From: Bacteroidales bacterium | GTDB taxonomy: Bacteria > Bacteroidota > Bacteroidia > Bacteroidales > FEN-979 | Assembly (NCBI GenBank): GCA_025355465.1 | Contig: JANXZO010000075.1 | Location: forward strand, 51,564-115,563 | Length of the DNA stretch: 64,000 nt | Direction of reading: 5' to 3' | Shown here: positions 46,040 to 54,332 of the stretch, in pieces | Position numbering within the stretch: the stretch's first letter is position 1 | Layout: every line of letters starts with the position of its first letter | Made by a program: the position numbers and the translations under genes | Notes under the pieces: model-generated | Told to the model about the DNA's origin: nothing | Databases searched by the model: none | What the model saw: the letters and a program-made list of their open reading frames with translations, nothing else

Positions 46040-47155
46040 ATGATAAACAATCCATTCAGTTACGGAAAGACGGTTGACGGGCCCTATTTTTATGGCCGGG
46101 AGCGGGAGATGGAGGAGATACGGATCTCGATGCAGAATGCCATCAACATAATCCTGTACGCCCCGAGGCGGATCGGGAAGTCTTCGCTGGTGATCAAGGT
46201 GCTGAAGGAGCTCGAGGCGGCTGGTCACCCGGTGGTATACATCGACCTCTTCAAAGTTTCATCGCGCGAAAAGTTCATTGAGCTCTATGCGCGCGAGGTG
46301 GTACGGGGAATGAAGAGCTGGGAGAAGGGGGTTCAGTTTATCAAGGGGGTAATCCGGGGTGTGGAGCCGGTGATGGGTCTCGATCATGCGGGGATGCCTG
46401 AACTGCGCCTCAACATCGATCCGCTGCAGAGCGCCCGGGCCTTCGAAGATATCCTCAACATACCGGGCCGGTCGAAAGGGGAGCGGTGCTGGGTGGTGGT
46501 GTTCGACGAGTTCCAGGAGATCGAAAAACTGGGCGGTGCCGATTTTGAAAAGGAGCTGCGGGCCAGCCTGCAGCATCACAAGAATGCGGCTTACCTGTTT
46601 CTCGGCAGCCAGCGGCACATGCTGCTCAACATGTTTTCGCGCAAAGAGCGGGCCTTTTATAATTTCGGGAAACTCTACCACCTCGACAAGCCACCCGTGA
46701 CCGATTCGGTGGCGTTCGTCGCCCGGCGCTTTGCCGCAGGGGGATACGAAATTGATATACAGATGGCGCAACAGATGGTGGAGCAGACGCACAACATCCC
46801 CTACTACCTGCAATACCTGGGGGCGGAGATATGGGAGAGCGCCCGCCTATCGGGAAAAAAGCCCGTGGAGGTTTACGCCGAAGCCCTCGACCGGCTGCTG
46901 ATCAACCAGGGCGACTACTTCCAGGGAATCCGGAGCCAGCTCACCCCGTTCTATGCAAAACTCCTCACCTCCGTGGCCATCCACGGAGCCGGGAGCTATG
47001 AATCGGAGTTCCTGCAGAAATTCCGCCTCTTCCCTGTCTCCAGCATGCAAAAAGCATATGCCCGCATGATCGACCTCGATATCCTCGAAAAGCGGGAGAA
47101 CCGGTTCTGCATCACCGACCCGTTTTTTGAGATGTGGATGAAACGTCAGAGCTAA
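46040..47155 (+). CDS. ATPase of the archaeal-ATPase/DUF234-like family
   Basis: ATG at 46040 (MINNPFSYGKTVDGPYFYGREREMEEI). P-loop APRRIGKSS, Walker B VVVFDEFQEI, C-terminal winged-helix-like end (FCITDPFFEMWMKRQS). Confidence 0.75.
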   Translation: MINNPFSYGKTVDGPYFYGREREMEEIRISMQNAINIILYAPRRIGKSSLVIKVLKELEAAGHPVVYIDLFKVSSREKFIELYAREVVRGMKSWEKGVQFIKGVIRGVEPVMGLDHAGMPELRLNIDPLQSARAFEDILNIPGRSKGERCWVVVFDEFQEIEKLGGADFEKELRASLQHHKNAAYLFLGSQRHMLLNMFSRKERAFYNFGKLYHLDKPPVTDSVAFVARRFAAGGYEIDIQMAQQMVEQTHNIPYYLQYLGAEIWESARLSGKKPVEVYAEALDRLLINQGDYFQGIRSQLTPFYAKLLTSVAIHGAGSYESEFLQKFRLFPVSSMQKAYARMIDLDILEKRENRFCITDPFFEMWMKRQS

Positions 47156-47273
47156 TGTGGTAATGTGGTGATGTGGTAATGTGAGAATTTGAAGATTTGA
47201 GGATTTGAGAATTATTTCACCCTGTGACCCTGTGACCCTGTGACCCTGTGCCGATTTGTTCACTCGTTCACTT
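47154..47273. repeat. 120-bp tract of 15 consecutive 8-bp units in one register, spanning four unit families
   Basis: aatgtggt aatgtggt gatgtggt aatgtgag aatttgaa gatttgag gatttgag aattattt caccctgt gaccctgt gaccctgt gaccctgt gccgattt gttcactc gttcactt. The first unit overlaps the stop codon (47153-47155). Confidence 0.92.
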
Positions 47274-47291
47274 GGAAAGGGTAAAAGAAAA

Positions 47292-47323
47292 TTTGGAGAA
47301 TAGTAACTTTAAAGTTACCTTTG
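47292..47323 (+). promoter_or_regulatory. Candidate Bacteroidota-type promoter (TTTG ... TACCTTTG) with a perfect 16-bp palindrome, upstream of higBA
   Basis: TTTG at 47292-47295, a 20-nt spacer, TACCTTTG at 47316-47323, ATG at 47342. The palindrome GTAACTTTAAAGTTAC (47303-47318) overlaps the -7 box, as expected for a TA autoregulation operator. Confidence 0.5.
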
Positions 47324-47341
47324 CATCTAATTGAATGATTT

Positions 47342-47683
47342 ATGGAGAGAATCCGCGAAATAGTTGCATACAAAAACTATTTTGAAGACTTCTTAAAGGC
47401 ACAACCCACTAAGGTTCAGAATAAGATCTTCAAAATATTAGAAGCAATTGAAACTTTAGAGAGAATTCCAACAAACTACCTAAAGCTCATCATCGGAACA
47501 GGCGGTCTTTACGAAGCAAGAATTCAATTAGGATCAGACATTTGGCGTGTTTTTTGTTTTTTCGACAAAGGAAAGTTAGTAATCCTTTTAAACGGATTTC
47601 AGAAAAAGACACAGAAAACCCCAAAAAACGAAATTGAGAAAGCAATCACTTTAATGAAAGAGTATTATGAAAACAGAAGCTAA
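47342..47683 (+). CDS. higB: Type II toxin, RelE/ParE superfamily (HigB / Gp49-like)
   Basis: 113 aa. YEARIQLGSDIWRVFCFFDKGKLVILLNGFQKKTQKTPKNEIEKA is typical of Gp49/HigB-type toxins. Overlaps the downstream HTH gene by 17 nt. Confidence 0.78.
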   Translation: MERIREIVAYKNYFEDFLKAQPTKVQNKIFKILEAIETLERIPTNYLKLIIGTGGLYEARIQLGSDIWRVFCFFDKGKLVILLNGFQKKTQKTPKNEIEKAITLMKEYYENRS

Positions 47684-47978
47684 GAAAACAGACATATCTA
47701 CCTGGGCTGAAATTAAAGACAAGGTATATGGAAAAGAAGGAACTGAAAGACGTGATAATCTTGACAGAGAGGTTGAATCATTTAGAATAGGCCTTTTGTT
47801 AAAAAAAGCAAGGGAATCCCGTAATTTGACTCAGGAAGAATTAGGACATTTGGTTGACAAGAAAAGAACATACATATCCCGGGTCGAAAACAATGGCAGT
47901 AATATTACGCTTAGCACTCTTTTTGAAATTGTTGAAAAAGGACTGGGCGGAAAGGTGAATATTTCTATAGAAGTTTAA
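47667..47978 (+). CDS. higA: XRE-family HTH antitoxin (HigA-like)
   Basis: 103 aa with HTH LTQEELGHLVDKKRTYISRVENNGSNITLSTLFEIV. The toxin-first gene order is typical of higBA. Confidence 0.8.
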   Translation: MKTEAKKTDISTWAEIKDKVYGKEGTERRDNLDREVESFRIGLLLKKARESRNLTQEELGHLVDKKRTYISRVENNGSNITLSTLFEIVEKGLGGKVNISIEV

Positions 47979-48139
47979 TATTGAATGCAAGCAATGCAAT
48001 GAATGCATGAGCCTTCTTTTAGCATCTCCTTTTTTCTTTTTTTGCCCTCAGGCCGCGAGGCCATTTCTGTTCACTTGTTCACTCGTTTAAAACAAATTGT
48101 TTAACGCAAAATGTTTATTATCCTTGTTTAAATTAAGTT

Positions 48140-48844
48140 ATGAATCCTTTCATCATCAGGGGTTACAAGGGTAAGAAGTATTTCTGCGACCGGGAGAGTG
48201 AAACTGAGGCCATTGCAGGTGCCATCAAAAATGGCCGCGACATCACGCTGGTGTCGCTGCGCAAAATGGGGAAGACAGGCCTGCTCTTCCACCTTTTCGA
48301 AAAACTGCGTAAGGAGGGGGAGGTGGAGCCGGTCTACCTGGATATTTACCACACGGAGAACCTCAACGGATTGATCGATCAGATGGCCACGGCCCTCTTC
48401 CGGATAAAGAAGAGCTTTGGCGCGCGCATGCAGGAGTTCTTGCGGAACTTTCGCTATGTAAGGCCCTCCGTTACTGTGGATCCGCAAACCGGACTACCCT
48501 CCCTGTCGTTCCAGATAGCAGATGCCAGGGAGGCACGGGGTACGCTCGAGGACCTCTTTGAAATTCTGCAGGAGCGGGGGCGGATTAAGCCCGTGGTGAT
48601 CGCCATCGATGAGTTCCAGCAGATTGCAACCTATCCCGAGCAGCATGTCGAGGCCCTGCTGCGCGGACTGATCCAGTCGCTGAACAATACCCGGTTCATC
48701 TTCTCCGGAAGCAACAAGACACTCCTTACCCGGATGTTCGGCGATGCCGCCCGCCCGTTCTACCAAAGCACAGAGATGATCTGCCGCCGCGGAGAGGAGT
48801 ACTATGTGTACGATGTCTTCTTTTCGAGATGGATGGAGAAGTAG
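48140..48844 (+). pseudogene. Internally deleted paralog of the 46040-47155 ATPase
   Basis: P-loop LRKMGKTG and Walker B VVIAIDEFQQI are retained. After ..PFYQSTEMI the sequence jumps to the family's C-terminal end (YYVYDVFFSRWMEK). Total 234 aa versus 371 aa, so ~130 aa are missing in frame. Confidence 0.5.
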
Positions 48845-48855
48845 GTTTAAGGTAA

Positions 48856-48992
48856 TGTGGGATGTGGGATGTGGGATATGGGATCTGAGATGTGAGATTC
48901 GAGTTCCGAGATTCGAGCTCCGAGTTTCCGGTGACTCGTTCACTCGTTCACTCGTTCACTTTGTAAAATTAATTATCAATTATCAATTATCA
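48856..48992. repeat. Composite tandem-repeat tract: 11 x 7-mers (tgtggga to tccgagt), 4 x 8-mers (cactcgtt), 4 x 7-mers (attatca)
   Basis: tgtggga x3, tatggga, tctgaga, tgtgaga, ttcgagt, tccgaga, ttcgagc, tccgagt, ttccggt. Then gactcgtt cactcgtt cactcgtt cactttgt. Then aaaatta attatca x3. Confidence 0.9.
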
Positions 48993-49018
48993 ATAAGTTT
49001 GCTCCAAATCTCACACTT

Positions 49019-49078
49019 ATGTCTAAAGTTGCGTTGATCTCCGGGGTTACCGGACAGGATGGTAGTTACCTGGCTTAT
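49019..49078 (+). pseudogene. gmd: GDP-mannose 4,6-dehydratase 5' stub (first ~19 codons only)
   Basis: ATG 49019 encodes [20 protein letters not shown], near-identical to the canonical Gmd N-terminus [23 protein letters not shown]. Similarity then stops. TAAGTTTG (-7-like box) lies at 48990-48997. Confidence 0.65.
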
Positions 49079-49084
49079 CAGGTT

Positions 49085-50072
49085 GGTGGAAAGCAAGCCT
49101 CGCCTAAAGAAGTTATACCTTCAGCAGCATAATCCTGAATATACAAGTGTTTACCTGTCGTATTCGGGAAACGGGAATATTAAGCCTGTATCGCCAAGGA
49201 GAGAACGGAAGCGGGAGAGCCTGGTATTAAAGCCCGAAGCAATCGGAAGGTTCGAGGAGTTTCTCACAAAAGCTGCAACCACCGGTCCTGGTTTTCGATA
49301 TTACCCCGATGCACTGGATTATATATTGAAGCTGAGAGATTATTTGAGACGCATTGACCTGATTGCAACCAACTACCTGCCTTCGGTAAAAGGCAACAAG
49401 CTTGATACACTGACGAATGCAGCCGGCACGACACAAAGATTGAGGAGTTCATGAACATCATCAACGAAATCGTCAGTGAAGGGGATGAGAAGATCGTGAT
49501 CTTCAGCCAGTGGGGTCGGTCTTAACCTTCAGGCCGGATCGGTGATTATCAATCTCGATGTGCCCTGGAATCCGGCCGTACTGGAGCAGCGCATCGGCAG
49601 GGTTCACCGTCTTGGGCAAAAGCGCAACGTTAGTGTGATCAACATGGTCTCGGCCGGGACCATTGAACATCGTATGCTCGACGTCCTGAAATTAAAATCC
49701 TCAATGGCTGCGGGCATTCTCGACGGGGGAGAAGATGCCATTTTCATGGGTGAAAGCCGGTTTAAAAAATTCATGTCCACGGTGGGTGAACTGATGAACA
49801 GGGAGGCTGGAGCGGTGAACAGAGCGCCGGAGGTGGTAACTCGTGATCAGGAAGTCCTCACTCCTGAACCGGAGAAATTACTGCATACGCCTGGAGTCCC
49901 GGATGGTTTGGCGGCAGCCGGGGAGCTGGTTGCAAAAGGAATGGACTTTTTATCGACGCTTGCGGCCGCATTGTCGCATCCCGATTCGGTAAAGCAGCTG
50001 ACCGAATCGCTCGTTGCGGAGGATCCCGCCAGCGGGAAGAGCTATTTAAGAATCCCCGTCGTAAAACCCTAA
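49085..50072 (+). pseudogene. SNF2-family helicase C-terminal remnants (frameshifted, internally deleted)
   Basis: Pieces in different frames: ..KIEEFMNIINEIVSEGDEKIVIFSQW (about 49440-49515), then LNLQAGSVIINLDVPWNPAVLEQRIGRVHRLGQKRNVSVINMVSAGTIEHRM (helicase motifs V-VI). The region between IFSQW and GLNLQ is missing. The final codons and stop come from the repeat flank ccccgtcgtaaaaccctaa. Confidence 0.65.
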
Positions 50073-50086
50073 GGCATTTAAAAAGG

Positions 50087-50150
50087 AAATAGCGAAATAG
50101 CGAGATAGCGAGATAGCGAAATTATTTGTGCATCTGTGCATTCGTGCATT
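50087..50150. repeat. 8-bp tandem array (aaatagcg to tgtgcatt families), near-duplicate of 44421-44523
   Basis: aaatagcg aaatagcg agatagcg agatagcg aaattatt tgtgcatc tgtgcatt cgtgcatt. Preceded by the same cctaaggcattt anchor as at 44403. Confidence 0.9.
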
Positions 50151-50221
50151 GATTTTAAAGGCATTCTTGCATTGGTCGCCTGTGACTTTGTACGTTCGTA
50201 GAAATCGTTTACCTTCGCTCG

Positions 50222-50629
50222 ATGGAAAAGCTGGAGAAATTCGACAGGCTGTCGATTGCGATTCTTACTGAGGAGATCGACAAGGCCTTGGAGGAGATCA
50301 GAATTAAGTATGGTCTTGAGGAGTTGGTAGTTGATTTGGTTAAGTCGAATAACATTACGATGACTGCAAAATTAACCGGAAGGGTTTCCGGTGTTCATGC
50401 GAAGAATTTTGAGCACAACATGGCATTGCTGTTTGCTGATTACAACGGACTGCCTGCTGATCTGCTGAACCAGGAGTTTATCAGCAACGGCAAGGGGTTT
50501 ACTGTTATCAGGATTGAACCGCGAAATCCCAGATATCCAATTCTGGCGAGGGGGCTTCTGGATAATCTGGTATATAAATTTTCAGTAATCCAGGTCAAAG
50601 AGGCGTTGGAGAGGAAGAAAAGGGTTTAA
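50222..50629 (+). CDS. Hypothetical protein
   Basis: 135-aa ORF with no recognisable motif. Coding status uncertain. Confidence 0.35.
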   Translation: MEKLEKFDRLSIAILTEEIDKALEEIRIKYGLEELVVDLVKSNNITMTAKLTGRVSGVHAKNFEHNMALLFADYNGLPADLLNQEFISNGKGFTVIRIEPRNPRYPILARGLLDNLVYKFSVIQVKEALERKKRV

Positions 50630-50730
50630 ATGGATGTTTGCTGTAGCCCAATGAACCTGGAAAATCCTGATACCAGATCTTTATACTTTGCACACTTCTA
50701 TTGACGGTAAGTAAGAAAATCTGAAAATCC

Positions 50731-52419
50731 ATGAAAAAGCTATATCTCCTTATTATCATTTTATTTATTGCCGGATCCGTCTACTCCCAGATCGTCTACG
50801 AGGACATCAACAACACTGCTATTTATGAATTCCTGGATGAGTTAGCTAATAACCGGATTATCGAGTTGAATTCGGTCGTGAAACCCTACTCCAGAGCCTA
50901 TATTGCCGCGAAGTTGAGGGAGGCGGAGTTAATAGTTAAGAGTGAAGAGTTAAGAGTTAAGAGTGAGGAGTTAAGAGTTAGGGTGAGCAGGAGGTTGGTG
51001 GAGGAGTTGGAGTTTTATCTGCAGGATTATCAGTTGGAGGGGAAAACAATTCCGGTTACGTATGAGCATAAGGTGGGGTTTATTGCGAAGAATAATCCGA
51101 ATATGAAGGTGGCGTTGAATCCGTTGGCTTTTAATTACAAGGATTCGTTGTTTACCTTTTCGATACGGCCGATATTGGGGGTGCAGTGGATGACGAATGA
51201 GAACGGCGCTGAGTATCACCGCTGGTGGGGTGGGAGTATGTTTGGATACATTGGCAAGAACTTTGGGTTTTATGCCAATATCAGGGACAATGAGGAGAGT
51301 ACGCCTCTGGCTAAGCCGGTTTATTTTACCGAGGCGCAGGGACAGGTTTATAAAAACATGGAAAAGGGTGCTGTGAACTACAGCGAGATGCGGGGGGGGA
51401 TTGTTGCTTCAGTAAGCTGGGGGTCGATCGGGATCATGAACGACCGGGTGGTGTGGGGCGACAACTACCATGGGGCAAATATTCTCTCCGGCAAGGCGCC
51501 GGCCTTTCCCTATCTGCAACTGCACCTGAACCCGGTGAAGTGGTTTGACTTTAACTACATGCATGGATGGCTTAACTCTAATATCATCGACAGCAGCCGT
51601 TCCTATTATATCGATGGGGTTTACCGGCAAACGCTCCGAAATAAATACATTGCTGCGAATATGTTCACCTTTATCCCCTGGCGGGGATTGAATCTCTCGT
51701 TCGGGAATTCGATCATCTACAGTGATATTAATATTAATCCGCTCTATTTTATCCCATTCCTGTTTTACAATGCCGTAGATGCAAGCCGGACAAATTATGC
51801 AGATTATGCAGGTTCCAACTCGCAACTATTCTTCAATATCAGCAGCCGGCAGATCAGGTACCTGCATCTGTTTGTTTCGCTCTATATTGATGAGTGGAAG
51901 ACTTCACGGGTTACTGATCCAAAAAAGAACAACTTTACCAGCCTCAAGGCAGGGTTCAGGTTAAGTGATTTTCCGGTAAAAAACCTGTCGCTTACTGCTG
52001 AGTACACCCGCACCATGCCCATGACCTACGACCATTACATCGCCACCACCACCTTTGCCTCCAACGACTACGTGCTGGGGAATTACATGCGGGAGAATTC
52101 GCAGGAGATCTATGTTGCCCTCGCATGGAGGCCAATCCGGGGACTTTTGATCAACACCTCCTATACACTGGCACAACATGGAGCTGATGTGAAATATCGT
52201 AACAATGCCGGCTACGCCGTGGATGGTGTGCCCTTCCTGAAAAACAAAACCTGGCAGAACAGCGCTTTCGAGCTCTCAGCCAGGTATGAGTTTGTGAGTA
52301 ACGGGTATTTCTTTGTTCAGTATCTAAACGGGGAACAACAAGGGGATGTTAAATACCTGCCGGTATTTATGCATGGCAGGACGAGTACGTTACTCTGTGG
52401 AGTGAACGTAGGGATTTAA
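50731..52419 (+). CDS. Outer-membrane protein, capsule-assembly Wzi-like
   Basis: Signal peptide present. The N-terminal helical motif (IYEFLDELANNRIIELNSVVKPYSRAYIAAKL) resembles what I recall of Wzi-family proteins. A long beta-barrel-like remainder follows. Contains an in-frame heptamer-repeat insertion (see repeat 50929-50984). Confidence 0.55.
   Translation: MKKLYLLIIILFIAGSVYSQIVYEDINNTAIYEFLDELANNRIIELNSVVKPYSRAYIAAKLREAELIVKSEELRVKSEELRVRVSRRLVEELEFYLQDYQLEGKTIPVTYEHKVGFIAKNNPNMKVALNPLAFNYKDSLFTFSIRPILGVQWMTNENGAEYHRWWGGSMFGYIGKNFGFYANIRDNEESTPLAKPVYFTEAQGQVYKNMEKGAVNYSEMRGGIVASVSWGSIGIMNDRVVWGDNYHGANILSGKAPAFPYLQLHLNPVKWFDFNYMHGWLNSNIIDSSRSYYIDGVYRQTLRNKYIAANMFTFIPWRGLNLSFGNSIIYSDININPLYFIPFLFYNAVDASRTNYADYAGSNSQLFFNISSRQIRYLHLFVSLYIDEWKTSRVTDPKKNNFTSLKAGFRLSDFPVKNLSLTAEYTRTMPMTYDHYIATTTFASNDYVLGNYMRENSQEIYVALAWRPIRGLLINTSYTLAQHGADVKYRNNAGYAVDGVPFLKNKTWQNSAFELSARYEFVSNGYFFVQYLNGEQQGDVKYLPVFMHGRTSTLLCGVNVGI
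50929..50984 (+). repeat. Heptamer array inside the Wzi-like CDS, translated as (VKSEELR)x2
   Basis: ttaatag ttaagag tgaagag ttaagag ttaagag tgaggag ttaagag ttagggt. Three heptamers make 7 codons, giving ..LIVKSEELRVKSEELRVRV... The units are reverse complements of the ctcttaa/ctcctca units at 52893-52969. Confidence 0.9.
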
Positions 52420-52517
52420 TCAAACTCTTAATTCTTAATTCTTTTGCTCTCAGGCCAGGCGGGATTTGTACTTTTCTTTTGCTTGTCCAAAAGAAAACTA
52501 CGAAAAGAAAAAGACAG

Positions 52518-52670
52518 CCTGGGCTTTGTAACGACCCACATTCAGCTCAATTCCGAAGCCAGGCAAGCCGTTCGGCTGTAATCGTGTTTCTTCTAATCAG
52601 TTCTTTTCGAGCCTCACTTCGGGCCTGGCTTCTTTCGGAATTTTCGCTGTGTGGGTCCCCGTTATAAAGC
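52518..52670. mobile_element. MITE-like ~153-bp hairpin element, copy A
   Basis: The ends cctGGGCTTTGTAACGAcccac ... gtgggtcCCCGTTATAAAGCC are inverted repeats. Internal arms aattccgaagccaggc / gcctggcttctttcggaatt also pair. About 70-75% identical to copy B. The 62-aa ORF across it looks spurious. Confidence 0.6.
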
Positions 52671-52688
52671 CCTAAGGCACTTGAAAAC

Positions 52689-52728
52689 AATGCACGAATG
52701 TACAAATGCACGTATATGTGGTGTGACC
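52689..52728. repeat. 8-bp tandem array (aatgcacg family, the reverse complement of cgtgcatt)
   Basis: aatgcacg aatgtaca aatgcacg tatatgtg gtgtgacc, directly after the cctaaggcacttg anchor. Confidence 0.8.
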
Positions 52729-52861
52729 GTCATCAAGACTTACGAAGTAAGTTGCAGATGAAGAGTAACGCCGGGTTTTAACCCGGTGACAGGTGCGGCG
52801 CCAGCCGCCCTGGGTGGGAGGGTGGGGCTTGTGCTTCTCAATTCACAAGTACAAATCTAAA

Positions 52862-52969
52862 ATGGCAAAATGCAAAATGGCAAAATCGTAAACTCCTCAC
52901 TCTTAACTCTTAACTTTTAACTCCTCACTCTTAACTGTTAATTCCTAATTCTTAATTCCTAATTCCTAA
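52862..52969. repeat. Tandem arrays: aaaatggc family (8/7-mers) then 11 x 7-mers (ctcctca/ctcttaa to ttcctaa)
   Basis: aaaatggc aaaatgc aaaatggc aaaatcgt ... ctcctca ctcttaa ctcttaa cttttaa ctcctca ctcttaa ctgttaa ttcctaa ttcttaa ttcctaa ttcctaa (52893-52969). The array ends 7 nt before the stop codon of the minus-strand gene. Confidence 0.9.
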
Positions 52970-52976
52970 TTGACTT

Positions 52977-54101
52977 TTACCCCGCTCTCTTCTTCATCGA
53001 CTTAATGACCGTCCAGGGGAGGGTGTGGCTCTTCTTTTGGTTGAAATAGATGGGGATATAGGTGAGGATGAGTCCTGATCCTACCAGGATGGTTGTGCCC
53101 AGGTATAGGTTCAGGTGTTGCATCTCAAAGGAGAGGATGATATAGCAGATGCTTACCAGGAAAAGGATGGCTGTGACCTGTTTGTGGCTGAAGCCGAGAC
53201 TGAGGAGTTGATGATGGATATGGGTTTTGTCGGGGTAAAAGGGGGATTTTCCCTGAAGGATCCGGGTGAGCATCACGCGGCAGGTGTCGAAGATGGGGAT
53301 GATGAGGATACCGAAGGAGACCACCGGGGAGGCTTCGATGTGCCAGGGCAGATTGGCTGAGAGGTTTAGCCCGTTGAAGCGGATCACCATCACCGACATC
53401 ATGAAGCCGAGAAAGAGGGAGCCGGTGTCGCCCATGAAGATCTTGTTCTTCTTCGACCAGAGGTTGAAGCGCAGGAAGGCGAGGAGGGCGCCGATGTTGG
53501 CGCCGCAGATCAGCGCATAACCGGGTTGGTTGTTGATGTAAAACCAGGCGCCGAAGGTGGCAAAGGCGGTGAGGGCCATGGTGCCTGCCAGGCCGTCGAC
53601 CCCATCGATGAGGTTGAAAGCGTTGGTGATGCCCAGGATGAGGAAGAGGGTGAAGAAGATGCTGAGGGGGTAGCTGATCCCGTTTACGCCGAAATAGCCG
53701 TGAAAGCTGGTGAAGCGGATGTCGGCCAGCAGGATGAGGATGAGGGCGGCGATGATCTCGGCGATGAACTTCTTGTAGAAGGAGATGCCCAGGATATCGT
53801 CTTTGATGCCGATGAAGAAGATGATCACGCTGCCGGCAATGAGATACTGGTACTCGGGGAATTCGAAGATCCTCAACAGGAGCGAAGTCGCTACAATGAC
53901 GCTGAGAAAGATGGAGATGCCGGCCAGCCGGGGGGTGGGGAGGGCGTGGGCGGCGCGGAGGTTGGGCTGGTCGTATATCTTACTGTTGTGGGCGATCCTT
54001 ACCAGTATGGGTATGGAGTAGTAACAGAGCAGCAGCGCTACGGCCAGTGCCAGCAGGATCAGTTGATCGTCGGTAAAGATTTTGTGTAAAAGGTCGCCCA
54101 T
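52977..54101 (-). CDS. MraY/WecA-family polyprenyl-phosphate N-acetylhexosamine-1-phosphate transferase (paralog A)
   Basis: Multi-TM protein with family motifs IKDDILG, NAFNLIDGVDGLA, MGDTGSLFLGF, IPIFDT.RV, PDKTHIHH. Confidence 0.88.
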   Translation of the reverse strand: MGDLLHKIFTDDQLILLALAVALLLCYYSIPILVRIAHNSKIYDQPNLRAAHALPTPRLAGISIFLSVIVATSLLLRIFEFPEYQYLIAGSVIIFFIGIKDDILGISFYKKFIAEIIAALILILLADIRFTSFHGYFGVNGISYPLSIFFTLFLILGITNAFNLIDGVDGLAGTMALTAFATFGAWFYINNQPGYALICGANIGALLAFLRFNLWSKKNKIFMGDTGSLFLGFMMSVMVIRFNGLNLSANLPWHIEASPVVSFGILIIPIFDTCRVMLTRILQGKSPFYPDKTHIHHQLLSLGFSHKQVTAILFLVSICYIILSFEMQHLNLYLGTTILVGSGLILTYIPIYFNQKKSHTLPWTVIKSMKKRAG

Positions 54102-54332
54102 CGTTAAAATCAGAGAACAAATAAAGGAAAAAGGTTGCTTTGACCGGCTGCAAAGCTAAGAAATTATTTCCAGATACTGTTTCGATGCTAACATCATGAT
54201 AGGTTATAAATAGGTACAAAAATAAAATAATTCACTATTTTTACCTTTTCCTTGCGTTTTTGTTATAGTAATATTATATTTGCCACCAATAATAATAATT
54301 GTCCCTGAACATTACTTGAACAGCTGCCTTTG

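Noticed and set aside
52479-52667. 62-aa ORF (MLVQKKTTKRKRQPG...).
   Set aside because: It lies entirely within the MITE-like hairpin element and its flanking hairpin. The second element copy does not conserve the reading frame.
52730-52860. GC-rich stretch with several short hairpins (ccggg-ttttaa-cccgg, gcggc-gcca-gccgc, cttgtg-N10-cacaag), checked as a possible tRNA or small RNA.
   Set aside because: No T-loop (GTTCRANYC) or cloverleaf arrangement was found, and there is no second copy in the window for covariation. It is left unannotated.
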